Source: Octopus vulgaris (Eukaryota). Taken from it: DNA of 64,000 nt. This document shows, piece by piece, positions 26,366 to 39,014 of the stretch. Position 1 is the stretch's first letter. Each line of letters starts with the position of its first letter. The position numbers and the translations under genes are program-made. The notes below the pieces were generated by a model, which worked only from the letters and a program-made list of their open reading frames with translations, had not been told where the DNA came from and did no database searches. The stretch spans positions 87,544,001 to 87,608,000 of the forward strand of contig OX597819.1 in assembly GCA_951406725.2 (NCBI GenBank), in the 5' to 3' direction.

Positions 26366-27136
26366 GGCGCAGGTGTGGCTGTGTGGTAAGAAGCTTCTTG
26401 CAAGGATCTACGGCGGCGAGCTGGTAGAAGCGTTAGCACGCCGGGTGAAACACTTAGCGGCATTTCGTCTGCCGTTACGTTCTCAGTTCAAATTCCGCCG
26501 AGGTCGACTTTGACTTTCATCCTTTCGGGGTCGATAAATTAAGTACCAGTTATGCACTGGGGTCGATATAATCGACTTAATCCGTTTGTCCTCTCTGTGT
26601 TTAGCCCCTTGTGGGTAGTAAAGAAATAGGTATTTCGTCTGCCGTTACGTTCTGAGTTCAAATTCCACCGAGGTCGACTTTGCCTTTCATCCTTTCGGGG
26701 TCGATTAAATAAGTCCCAGTTACGCACTGGGGTCGATGTAATCGACTTAATCCGTTTGTCTGTCCTTGTTTGTCCCCTCTGTGTGTAGCCCCTTGTGGAC
26801 AGTAAAGAAATAAGAAACTTGTTTCCCAACCACATAGTTCCAAGTTCAGCCCGGTCTCATCAAAGCCTTGTGAGTTGATTTAGTAGACGGAAACTGAAAG
26901 AAGCCCATCGTGTGTTTGTGTGTGTATGTTTGTGTATGTGTGTGTGTGTGTGTGTACCACCGCTGCTTGACAACCAGTGTTTGTGCGTTTAGGTTCCCAT
27001 TACTTAGCAGTTCGGCAAAAGAACTCAACTGAATAAGTACCAAGTATAAAAAAAGTACTGGATCAATTCATTCGACTAAAATTCTTCAAGGTAGTGGCTC
27101 CAGTACGGCTGCAGTCTAATGACTGAAACAAGTAGA
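26366..27136 (+). mobile_element. SINE family B interrupted by a family A dimer (26411-26812)
   Basis: Head ggcgcaggtgtggctgtgtggtaagaagctt resumes as taagaaacttgtttcccaacc after the dimer (imperfect duplication). Confidence 0.88.
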
Positions 27137-27226
27137 AAAAAAAAATATATATATATATCACTCGCCATGCTTGACCGTTAATTCAACGTATTTTTTTCAT
27201 TCTTACTCTGTTTATTTTCTCTTATT

Positions 27227-27265
27227 CCTTTCTGTTGAAGAGCGTAGGCTCGAAACATAAAATAC
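27227..27265 (+). ncRNA. Minimal hammerhead-like motif (CUGUUGA core), decayed copy in a PLE-type repeat
   Basis: ccttt CTGTTGA a GAGC gtag GCTC GAAA ca ta aaata. Same family as 45329 and 50013; stems I and III damaged. Confidence 0.5.
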
Positions 27266-27479
27266 TTTTTAATTTTCCCGAACGTCAAACTAATACTTGT
27301 TGTTCATACACCTATTTTCATCATTTGTTTTTCTATAAATTTCAACTATATATACATATATATGGGGATAGTGATGGGGTTAACGGAGTGAACATACGAG
27401 GATTCGTTATAAAACAGATATTTCTCCTGCTTTCTACACCTCCTAAATTTCAGTGGCTGCTATTGGCCTTTCGAAGTAC

Positions 27480-28250
27480 TTGGCTTCCTCTATCGTGAGT
27501 GACGATAGGCCATCAATGATGTCTATCCTGTGATCTAGCCCGTTACTTGTCTCGAGCTTCCGAGCGAAGTACAGCCTAAGCCTCAGAATCAATTTGCATT
27601 ATGGTTCACTAAAGACCAAAATGAGACTTTGTTGACACGTTGCACCTCAACCACCTGGATTCATCGATTGACTTTCCTTACTTTCTATCATAGTTCTGAC
27701 AAAGCAGCCTTCGTGCTTCGCATTGAAGATAAGGGCGAGTGATTATATTTCTCCACGTACATCAGTCGCCTTTTCTGAGCGTCTCTTCTAAGTTTCTAAC
27801 CCTCGGTCTCTTTCTAGTTTAATTTTCTCTATTCTTAACCTTACCTTTCCGACTCTTATTGCTCTCTTCAAGGTGAACCATTGTTTGTTGTTGACGATTG
27901 CCTCCTGTCAACACCTGCTTAACGAATGCGCTAATCTAGTCTCTGTAAGCGGGAACGACTTGTTCAGCTTCAAGTAATTGGACCTCCACTTAGGAAGCAT
28001 ATCTAGGTCGACTCTACAGATAGGAGATTTGTGATACGTACAACCGACCACTTTGAATTGTGAACAGCCTACGCTATCACCATCTACTGGTTACAAAATA
28101 CTCTATTAAAATACGATCTGGAAGACTCATTGCAAGACTCATAGGCACATTCGGAAAATCCAATCCAGTCAGTTGGAAACGTCTGCGCAGTTTTGCAAGG
28201 CTTTTTCACTCCTCCACTTCTAACAGTTAACTTCACACAGACCCAGCGCG
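27480..28250 (-). pseudogene. Highly degenerate Tx1/L1-like ORF2 (end of endonuclease plus linker)
   Basis: Minus-strand fragments SRSYFNRVF, QFKVVGCTYHK, NYLKLNKS (cf. YWKLN.S), AIVNNKQWFTLKRAIR, KHEGCFVR. Confidence 0.5.
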
Positions 28251-28339
28251 CATTGAACATCGTATTCTATCCACTCACTAGCACTAAAGAGCAGGGCGTT
28301 CCTACAAGAGTTGAAAGGTAAGAAAGGTTTCAACGAATT

Positions 28340-28520
28340 AAGTGATGTACAAGTAGAAGGAAAAACGTTTATTTAAACCTATAGGTGACATGATGCCAAG
28401 TTCGAATATGAAACGATGTTCCTTCCGATTCCCTGACAATATGATTCCATGGTATGCAGTGATGCTGCACACTAACAAATGAATGCTGGCTGACCTGTAG
28501 TGTTGAAGTGGTTGGCGACA
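28340..28520 (-). pseudogene. Penelope-like GIY-YIG C-terminal remnant
   Basis: RKEHRFIFELGIMSPIGLNKRFSF resembles the PLE C-terminal E..LIF.LGT..P.GLN.RFSF motif. Confidence 0.55.
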
Positions 28521-30107
28521 GGTTGATCTGACGTTCATTTAACAGTTTTCCCTTTCCGTCTTCGTTATACTTCATTACATTTAAAGTTGGGTTTTAAGCC
28601 AACATTATAACAAAATTTCTGATCGCTTTATGTCGTTCTGCTGTAATTCAACTCATGGCAACAATAGAAGGGTTGGGCATTGCTAGAGAAAACAGCTTTC
28701 AGAAATTTTGTCATATGCTTATCAACTAAATAAATGAAACAGAATTGCCTTAGCTGCATGGAAGAAATTACACCAAGAAATACTGGAATAGAAAAATAGC
28801 TCGCGACCTTAGTTCGAGTAGTCTGATACATTATCTCCTAGGTCATTTCGTTTTATATTCACCTATATATGTGTTGAATATCTAGCTGTGCAGCGAGATA
28901 ACACACATTTCACCATCTTTATTTTTAGGTGACATAATTAAGATTTCTTTTTATTAAGTTGCTGGAATATAACTTTAATAGTTTAGAAATTCACTTCAAA
29001 ATTGTCAATCCCAAGTTCGCGTCCACTACGCAGAAATTTCGATCATATTTCATTTACTTCTTTCTTACCATCGAATCGAACAAAACCTTGTAAGTGAAAT
29101 TAGACAGACAGAAAATGTGCAGAAGCCAGTTGGATGTTCCGTTTCTGTGATTCAAAAGGTTGACTTCATTGCATACTGTGTCTCGATAATTCAACTTCGG
29201 GATGATATTAATGGTACAAGTGTCTGTTCCAGTCATTACACTATGAATAAATGAGTGGTAGTTCAGTTATTCGAGCAGCTAGAATACTCATAGTAGAAAC
29301 CAATGGAAGATCCATTAATTTTACTTACTTCACATAAGGATTCAGATGAGAGGATACGATAAAATTACTTCTGTCAATTATTCAGCTCACCTCTCGAGGC
29401 AATAGAAAGGGGAGAGCTGAAAATCTACTCCTGGACATCTATTTTCAACTAGGAGAGAATGGCCCCTGAGAATTAAGTGGATTCAACTTTTGATGACGTC
29501 AGAAAATAATAAAAGAATATATAATAAACATAGGCAATCTGCGTCACGACAGTTAGAAACAAATTTTACGTCACGACAATTAGTTAGCCATCTATTAAAT
29601 ATGTTAAAAGATCCCTTTATAAAAATTATGCATAATAGATTACACTGTGTGACACGATTTTTGTTCTTGGGTAGCAATTCCTATTTCCTATTTTCTTCCC
29701 CCGGGGAAGTATGAAAAATGGATAATATTTCCTTCAAACTTTGCTATACTAACTAAAGATAAAAAAGAAAAATTGTGTTACACTGCGTTAAACAGTGCTA
29801 GATGAAAAGCAATTATAATTAATGGCTTATTTGGGACTGAAATAATTAAATGTACGTTTATGAGAATATCTCAATGTAAAATTACTTTTACAATTCAATA
29901 ATGCTAATTTAAAAGTAATTATATAATACATTTTCCCAAGCAAAGATCACATTTAAAATTACTAGTACTGTACGATGGTGAGTTACTGATAATGACACAC
30001 TTTAAATTATAGTTTATGTTTCTGCCCTTTAAATCTCATTTGCTTGTGAATTTATGCACGTGCGTATTTGTATGTACGTATACATGTATGTATGTACATA
30101 TACATAT

Positions 30108-30149
<42 letters not shown>

Positions 30150-30152
30150 GCA

Positions 30153-30197
<45 letters not shown>

Positions 30198-30379
30198 GTA
30201 ACTCTAAGTAAATGCTATATACAAACCGTAATTAAATTCTTGGTTCGATAGTGATTCGAGTGAAAAGTCTAATATGGGTCTTGTATTAGCATGCATATAT
30301 ATATTAGACAAAATGGGATAACAAAACCAAGAATAAGCAAAAAAATTTTGGACAAATACCAATCGTCAGGGAGAGATTA

Positions 30380-32100
30380 AACGTCAACTTATAGTCCTTT
30401 ACAAGTGAAGTTATAACATGGTTCCATCTCTTAAACAACAAAAACTCTTATTCTTACTTACAATTCGATATAAATAATTACTACTCTTCTATTTCTCCCA
30501 AACTTCTTAATCGAGCTCTTGTTCTAGCTAGGAACCTAACTAACTAGAAGTTAACATAATCTTTAATGCCCGTAAAACCCTTATTTCTTTTGAGGACAAA
30601 CTCTGGTGCTGGGCCAATCACCATAACAATACCAATAACCATAGCGATTTATTTGACATTACCATGGGATCATCCAGCTCCGCCCAGGTCACCGACCTCG
30701 TTAGACTATACATACTCCACCAACTCCAAATATATTTCCCTAACCTCAAGGGAGGCCTCTACAGAGATGACGCCTTCCTAGTTACCAAGAGCGTAAATAA
30801 ATCCTCTTTAGAACGAGCTAGAAAAGATCTAAACAAATTTTTCTCTAGCCTAAACCTGTCTATTACTTTTGAAAATTCCCACAAAACTACTAACTTTTTA
30901 GACGTAACTTTAAACTTAGAAACCTCCCAATATTCCTCTTATCACATACGTAACCAATACCTTAAGTGCCTGAATATTCATTCCAGTCACCACAATCCAC
31001 CTTTGATAACTTAGTCCAGGGTATCTCGATCCGTATATCTGACTTCTCTTCCAATTAGGAGTATTCAATAGCCACGCACCATATCACAACCAAGCGCTCG
31101 CTCCCAGTGGCTTCTCCCAACAAATAAAATACATCCCTAATACTAAGCTCAAGCAACATATATCTCAAATCACATTGTAATGACACACCAACCATCAGAA
31201 TCACAACAGACCACACATACACTACGCTAGACCCCTGGGAGAGCCCGCATTTAAACAATCTAGACCCCACACGCATACATATAACGCTATGTCAAAAGCT
31301 AAAACAGCTAACAACAACGGGCCATTCTAACCCCCCTCGATTTTCCAAAAATATAGATAGCACTTCTCCTAAGCACCCAAAAAAGTGGTGGACGCTCTAT
31401 TCTATGGTATACACTCCGCTTCTCACTAAACGGTAAGAACTTATCTAACTCCTTCTTTAATATACTGGACCCCAACTTCCCTCGTCAACATAAATATTAT
31501 TCAATCTTTAATAGATCTACCCTGAGCTATCCTATTCCACTCCTCCCAACTTCGAACGAAAGCTTTCTTTCTACTATCAAAACTCACACTATAACAACTC
31601 TGACTACACGAGCACCCAACATATACACAGCTCCAGCATTGAACCACACACGTTAGACCACAACCATAACTCAAACTATCCTATTAACACTATCCAGAAT
31701 ACTGCCACAACTTCCACCACCGTTACAGATAGAATAATTAACAACAACAATATCAATAATAACGATAATAGTAATAATAATACTAATAACTCAGACCTTT
31801 CTACCCCAATTTCTAACCTCTATTCTGAGAGTATTCCCTCCTCCATTCCTGAAATTAGTCCCCAAAACACACCCGCTTGTAAACCCCGTCCTGGGTCCAT
31901 CTGCCCTCTACAAACCCATTGTAGAAGATGTAATGTAATTTATAAATGCACCGTCCTCAACACATTACACAATTCTACAGTTATATATAGGATCAATCAT
32001 AAATTTTAAACAGCGATATGCCGCTCATCTCAATTCTTTTAGATACGAGAAACACAGTAAATTCAAAACATTCGCCAGTCACATACATCATCTCAAAATT
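30380..32100 (+). pseudogene. Penelope-like retroelement (RT + GIY-YIG endonuclease), decayed
   Basis: LQFDINNYYSSIS, ITMGSSSSAQVTDLV, GGLYRDD, NFLDVTLNL, then CPLQTHC..NVIYKC...YIG...FKQRYAAHLNSFR; multiple stops and frameshifts. Confidence 0.92.
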
Positions 32101-32124
32101 TGAAGCCTATATGAAGAGCTGAGA

Positions 32125-32328
32125 CAAGGTAACCAGCTGGCAGAATCGTTAGCTCGCCGGGCAAAAAGCTTAGCGACATTTCATTCGTCTCCACGTTCTG
32201 AGTTCAAATAACGCTGAGGTCTACTTTACCTTTCATACTTTCATAATCTATTAAAATAAGTATCAGTTGAGTGCTGGGGTCGATGTCTCTTCCCCCAAAA
32301 TGACTGAGCTTGTGCTGAAATTTCAATT
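32125..32328 (+). mobile_element. SINE family A monomer with 18-bp TSD
   Basis: CTATATGAAGAGCTGAGA at 32107-32124 and 32329-32346. Confidence 0.92.
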
Positions 32329-33399
32329 CTATATGAAGAGCTGAGATGGCCGAATGGATTCCTAAATCACAAAATCAAACCTACTACAAATGTTTCGTTA
32401 TGATTCTGAGAAAACATTATTGGATGGAACAATACTATTTCACATGTCAGTTAACTTTACTGTTGAGAACAAATTTCAAGAGAAAAATCACTCGAACAAA
32501 TTTCATCCCGCCATTCCACTTTGTCTAGACAGTGTGACGATGGCTGATGTAGGAAACAGCCTATTATTTTATATTAAATTGATTCATTGTCGTCAGACTT
32601 TCACCATTGTACGAACATTTTCGGTATACCTACACAAGTGTGCCTCCACCCGATTTTGTTTCTTCATAACCTCCAGAAAAATGAATAATTTTTAATGAAA
32701 TATTCTACAAATACTTTATAGATGGTGTTCGGAATTTAACGTTAAAAAGAAAATGAGGAACACATACAAATACCTACAGACACACAGCACATATACAACT
32801 ATAAAACTAAATTTGATATTTTGAAAAAGTTATGTGATGTGCGTCAGTGTATGTATGTGCGCACCACCATATATAAATATAGATGTGTTTTGCTTTTTTT
32901 TTAGATATAAATTCCAATATAATCGTAATTGTATTATCTGAAAAGTATTTATAGAAAATTTTATTAAAATATACCCATTTTTCCGAAAGTTACACGGAAA
33001 CAAATTCGAGATAAGGGAATTATCCGAAACGCTACCTCACACTTCAAAAAGAAGGTTTTTTTTCCCCCCCGCAACAAATTCCGATATAACTGGAATCTAC
33101 ACCATCTGAAAGGTATTTGTAGAAAATTTCATTAAAAAATATCCATTTTTTCTGTAAAGCCAAGTCGGAGATGGGGTACGCTTGTGTAGGTATGCTATAT
33201 TTTCTCCACCTACGAAGAATATCTACAAACATTAGTCATTGAACTAGGTTTCACGCATATTTGTATTTTCGGTGAAGTGTAAAGTAGCATGTATGAATGA
33301 GATACTCTTTCCGAACAATAACCTAAGCAAATAAGTAAAACGGTTTAAAGCAGAAATTAAAACGAGATTCAGTAGCAATGATATTTAAGAACAATAAAC

Positions 33400-34200
33400 T
33401 TCTACATGGTCACTATATATCCTAGAAATTACAGCCCCCCACCTTTTTACTAAAGGACAAATTAGATTAGTAATCCTAGACATCTTAAATGTAATGATGG
33501 GTGAAACGGTTATAGCTGGAATGCTATAGTACTGCTCAATCAAGGCTGACCTAGGGCTAAACTACAATACCATCAATAGCAGCAACATTAGTCAAAACTA
33601 TTGCTTCTCAGTGATATTATATTTCTTTGAAAGATGCTATCATTGAAAGTGATATTGTATCTTTTATGTTAATGACGTCTTCCGCAGGAAATGCTATCAA
33701 TGATATTTCTAAGTTGAATTACATCACAGATACTTTTGCAGATTTATGACATATTTCGATACCAGTTCAAACTACAACTACTCAGTTTTAAACCACATCC
33801 TAGCTAGTTGTAAAGAAACATGAGAAAATCCTGTGGTCTAGTTATAAATCTTGTTATTTGGAGATATACAAAAATGTGGGTCATGACTTGTAGACTTTCT
33901 GACTTTGTTTTTTCCCTTGGAATAAAATTAAATACAGTGATATATTGGGGATTAATTTCATGAATTTGATACCACCCGTAACATTTTGTGGCATTGGGAA
34001 CCATCGAGAAGCCTCAATGTGGCCACTCGAACTAGAAATAGTAAAATTTTCCTTAAATTACATCTTGTGCATTTTTTAAAAAATGGCATATTGGAGAATA
34101 TAATCCAGAAATGCCTGACAAAATAAAACGAGGGGGGGGGTCATATCTGGAATACCTTTGATTGTATTGATTTTAGTTAAGGCTGACCTGGAGTTAAGCA
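33400..34200 (+). mobile_element. Two family C repeats (33400-33570, 34010-34200)
   Basis: ctagaaat...gctggaat...aaggctgacct(a/g)g(g/a)g motifs in both. Confidence 0.65.
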
Positions 34201-34208
34201 TCAAAATA

Positions 34209-34774
34209 TTGGGTTGTGCGGAAAGTTCATGCCGATTTATAGTAGCTTACATTTCGACTTATTTTAGAACATGGTTGAATCCATAAAATAGGATTTGACT
34301 ACACCTCCATTTAGAGCACAGTTTAAGCTATCTTTTCGTGGAAGAAAGTTTATGTTCCTATAACCTGTGTTAATTCTGTAACCCTTTAAAATGGAAGATA
34401 AGAAAGTTCATTTTCGGCACTTGATGCTTTGGAAACCAGACAAAAATTGCTGCAGCTCAGCTGGGATGTGTTACCCCACCCTCAATATTCACCAGATATT
34501 GCTCCTTCGGATTTCCACTTATTCAGGTCTCTGCAGAATAGGCTTAATGGTAAAAATTTAAATTCCTTGGATGACGTAAAAAGATACCTTGATGAATTCT
34601 TTGCCATGGAACCACATCAATTCTGGAAAGAAGGTATTTTCAAGTTAAAGGAAAGATGGAGACGCATTGTGAAACAAAATGGTTCATATTTGGTTGATTA
34701 AAAATGTAATGGCAAGTATTTATTGACCTTTTTCTTTCCTTTAAAAATCGGCACGAGCTTTCCGGACAACCCAA
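34209..34774 (+). mobile_element. Internally deleted mariner element
   Basis: TA TSD, ~30-bp TIR TTGGGTTGT(G/C)CGGAAAG(T/C)TC(A/G)TGCCGATTT. N-terminus MEDKKVHFRHLMLW (34391) is fused out of frame to the C-terminus with HPQYSPDIAPSDFHLF. Confidence 0.93.
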
Positions 34775-35164
34775 TATATGTAGTTTTAGGAAACACTGTA
34801 TGTTTTTTCTTATTCTCTGAGTTTGATAACATAGGTTACTAGTTATATATTGCTTCAGTTCACGTGGCAAAAGCCATTTGCTTACAAATGTGCGGTCTTG
34901 TACCAATCTGACGAATCAATGATATTCTGGGAGCGATTCGAATAATACTCGATTATCTGGTAAAAATTAGTCTAATACATAAATTAAAAAGAATTGATGT
35001 AAAATGTAGAGTAGAAATTTCATTTTTGTTTTCTTATTACAGCTATGTGCAACAATGAAGTATTGCTCTCAGATTTGAGATTTTGTTGCTACTGCTGCAC
35101 ACACACACACGCACACACACACACACACACACAACACACACACACAAACATATACACACACACA

Positions 35165-35780
35165 GATATCCTAGACAGCTTCCAGAAAAGGGTCACTGGA
35201 CTGGTTGGCAAAGTCACTCGCAAACCCGCTCCAGTCACTGACCCACAGGTGTGCTGTCATCTCTCTCTCTCCCTCCCCCCTCTGTCTCTCTCTCTCTCTT
35301 TCCTCTCTTTCTCCCACACTCTTTTCCACACACACTCTCTCCCCCTTCTATCTCACGCACTGTCTCTTACACTGTCTCCCACACCTTCTCTCTCTCTTTA
35401 TCACACGCCCATCCCCACACTCTCTTCTCTCTCTTTCTTACACACTCTCTCCTCTCTCTTTCTTACACACTCTCTCCTCTCTCTTTCTCACACGCTCTCT
35501 CTCACTCTTCCCTTTCTCACACGCTCCCTCCCACACATTTTCTCTTCCCTCTCTGTCTCGCACACTCTCTCACTCCTCTTTTTTCACACACTCTCTCTCT
35601 ATCTCTCGATCTCTCTCTCACGCACACACACACACACTCACTTTCACTCACTATCTCCCCCTCCTTCCCTTTCTCCTCTCTCTCTCCCTCTCCCCTCTCT
35701 CTCTCTCCCTCCCCCCTCTCTCTCTCACTCTGCCTTTTCTACCGCTTCTACTATGACATTTTGCTCCTCGAAACTAGGTA
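35165..35780 (+). pseudogene. CR1/Jockey-like LINE C-terminal remnant split by a ~470-bp CT-rich expansion
   Basis: LDSFQKRVTGLV..LQSLTHRCAVISL before, and CLFYRFYY..CSSKL after, the low-complexity tract (cf. L.HRR.VASL.LFYRY...CSSEL). Confidence 0.6.
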
Positions 35781-36064
35781 GGCTCAAACCACATCCGCTC
35801 AGTCTTAAATATTTTTGTTCACAAGTTAATTCGATCAAGGCTAATCTGGGGCTGATAAAGTCATCAAATTGCATGGCACATTTTATGCCGTTATTGATGT
35901 AGCTGTTTAGCTGCTCAGATCAATTCTAAATTAATCGGTCTTCGATCAAGGCATTCCAACAATGACCACCTCGTCTTTTTTCCAAGAATATATCCATGAG
36001 CCACACGGTTGAAAAGTGAACTTCTTAACCATATTATTGTTTTTTTTTTGTTTTTTTTTAACAA

Positions 36065-36177
36065 AAAATGCTTGCTTCCCAACCTCAGGGTTCCGGCTTC
36101 AGTCCTACTGCGTAGCACCTTAGGCAAGTGATTTCTACTATAACATAGGTCCGGCCAAAAAGAAGTCCGTCGTCGTC

Positions 36178-36238
<61 letters not shown>

Positions 36239-36470
36239 TATATCTATGCGTGTGTGTGTCTTTCTGTCCGTGTTCATCCACCTAGCATTTGAGAACCGGT
36301 GTTGGTGTGTCTGCATTTCCGTAACTTAGCAGTTCGGCAAAAGAAACCGATAGAATAAATACCAGGGTTAAAAAAAATCAAGTACTGGAATCGATTCATT
36401 CGACTAAAAGTTCAAGGTGGTGCTCCAGCATGGCTGCGGCATAATGAGTGAAATAAGTAAAATACAGTAA
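36065..36470 (+). mobile_element. SINE family B with internal (TA)n
   Basis: Consensus match. Confidence 0.85.
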
Positions 36471-36627
36471 ACAATAATCAAAAAATAGACTTGGTTAATT
36501 TGATAAAGTTGTTTAATCCCTCAAGCTGGCCCAAACATTAGCAAACCGGCCATTTCTTCCAGTTTTACGTTGAGTTCAAATTCCAATGAGGCCGACCTTT
36601 TCTGTTATCCTTTCGCGGTCGATATAA

Positions 36628-38335
36628 TACGAAGTGGTATGAAAAAGTTCCCGAACTAGTTACGTTTAATAAAAAAAAATAACTTATTTACCTAAATTTT
36701 AATATAATCTCCTTCGAAATAGTCCCTTTGCGCAGTATACACCAGTCCTACATTCTTGCAACTTTTGGAATACGGGGCCTGGAAGTCGTTTTCCGTAAGC
36801 GAGTCGAGGACCTTCGGTGATTCGCTCTGGATCTCGACAACGGTGTTAAAACGGCGACCTTTGACCTGCCTTTTTTATCTTGGGGAAGAGGTGGAAGTCC
36901 GCCGGTGCTAAATTTGGCGAATAGGGCGGATGCGGAAACGATGCCATGTTATTTTTGATGAGAAATTCACGACTGAGGAGAGATCGGTGACAGTGTGCAT
37001 TGTCGTCGTGAAGAATCTAATACACTGCGCTCCACAGATCCAGTCGCTTTCACTGAATGTCCTTTCCTCACACGCTTCAAAATGTCGCAGTAGAACTCTC
37101 AATTAACGGTCTGGTTTCGGGGGGCGAATTCCTGATGCAAAATACCGCAGATGTCGAAAAAAAAAAAAAAACGATGAACATGCTCTTGATTAGGCTGCGG
37201 CTCTGTCGTGCCTTCGTCAGTTATAGATGAGATGAAGGCGTCTTCCATTGTGACGACTGCTACTTCGTCTCAGGGTCGCACCCGTAGACCCAACTCTCGT
37301 CCCTCGACATGAAGGATGCGATGTTCTTTCTGACTTCGATGCGATGTTCTTTCTGCTCTGTGATCAGCAGGCGGGAGGCAAACTTAGCAGAGACATGCCA
37401 CATGATCAATTCAGATGCTAGGATTGTCTGCACGGATCCATACGACAGACCAACAACATCAGCAATTTCGCTGATTGTCCTCTGACGATTCTCATACACA
37501 AGCTGATGTATTTTCTCCACATTTCCAGAGGTGACACTTGTGGCAGGTCTTCCAAATCGCTCATCGTCTTCCAGGGACATTCTTTCGCTTTTGAAGCATC
37601 CGTGCCACTCGAAACATGGCGTACGACCCAATGCCCCGTCGCCGTAAGCTTGCCGAAGCATGCTCAATATCTCTGTTGCAGACTTCCCAAAGCAAAATTT
37701 TGTGTTGGTTCTTTGTTCCAACTTCCTGTCCATGACAAAATCGCAGACAACAGCATACACATTCACTTTTTACACTTTTACACTTTTACTTGTTTCAGTC
37801 ATTTGACTGTGGCCATACTGGAGCACCGCCTTTAGTCGAGCAAATCGACTCCAGGACTTATTCTTTGTAAGCCTTGTACTTATTCTATCGGTCATTTTTG
37901 CCGAACCGCTAAGTTACGAGGACGTAAACACACCAGCATCGATTGTCAAGCAATGTTTGGGGGACAAACACAGACATACAAACATATACACACACACATA
38001 CACACAAATATATATATATATACATATATACGACAGGCTTCTTTCAGTTTCGGTCAACACATTTCCACTCTCAAGGCTTTGGTCGGCCCGAGGCTATGGT
38101 AGATGACACTACTTGCCCAAGGTGCCACACAGTGGGACTGAACCCGGAAACATGTAGTTCGTAAGCAAAATCACAAAATCACAAATTTCACAACTTGCGA
38201 AGGGAACACAGTGATGTCATTCGGTACACTGTCTCATGAAGGTCACAGATAGCTCTCAGAGCGCACACACCTATATGCTACCATCTGCTGGCGCGCTACG
38301 AAACTAGTCCGGGAACTTTTTGATACCACCTCGTA
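36628..38335 (-). mobile_element. Full-length decayed mariner (irritans-like) element
   Basis: 33-bp TIR incl. TA, TACGA(A/G)GTGGTAT(G/C)AAAAAGTTCCCG(A/G)ACTAGT. Transposase MDRKLEQR...GKSATE...DDERFGRP...DESWVYGCDPETK, LHDDNA, HPPYSPNLAPADFHLFP, with stops and frameshifts. Confidence 0.95.
37781..38167 (-). mobile_element. SINE family B nested in the mariner 5' UTR
   Basis: Consensus match; lies just upstream of the transposase ATG. Confidence 0.9.
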
Positions 38336-39014
38336 AGTACCACTTGATGTACCAATTGAGCAATGCGATGGATGTAATCAACTTGTTTCAGGCCTTGTGT
38401 CTATAGCAGAAAGAATTAATCAAATTTAAACTTAATAAACAATACAATTCCTAAATATCTTGAAAACTAATCGTACCTGTAAGATAGTGTTTTTTGACGG
38501 CCGGTGTCATAATAGATCGCAGTTTTCTACCATGAAAAATTTCAAATATTCATTGTCATTGTTTTAAATAGTTTTCAGATAACAAGAAACGTGAAACTTT
38601 ATTAATGACCCTATTTTGATCATTATTCACTGTCAAGAGCTAACAAAAAGTTGTTTATCTTAAGCTAATGACAACCGCACCTTTTACATAAATATCTTAC
38701 ATTCTAGGTGAGGAATCAGGTTATGAAAAAAATAATTAATGTATATTGTTTTGTATATTTTTTTTATCAGTTTTTATTTACAGTCTGTATCAGATTCATT
38801 GTTTGTTGTTACGCAGAAGTGTGTACTGAGGCGTCAAAAAATGAAAAGGAACTGAAAAAATAAAAAGAAACTTGTTTATTGAAGATAAAAAGAGAATGGG
38901 ATATCAATTTTTTTTTCTTGTTAATGTTCATGTTTCATTTATTTTTATAAGTATCGTATTTTTATTTTTAATAAATATATTTTCTTTTTTACAAACATTC
39001 ACCGAAATGTATTG

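Noticed and set aside
35045-35902. Longest ORFs (285, 183, 176 aa)
   Set aside because: Stop-free translation of a CT/CA low-complexity tract.
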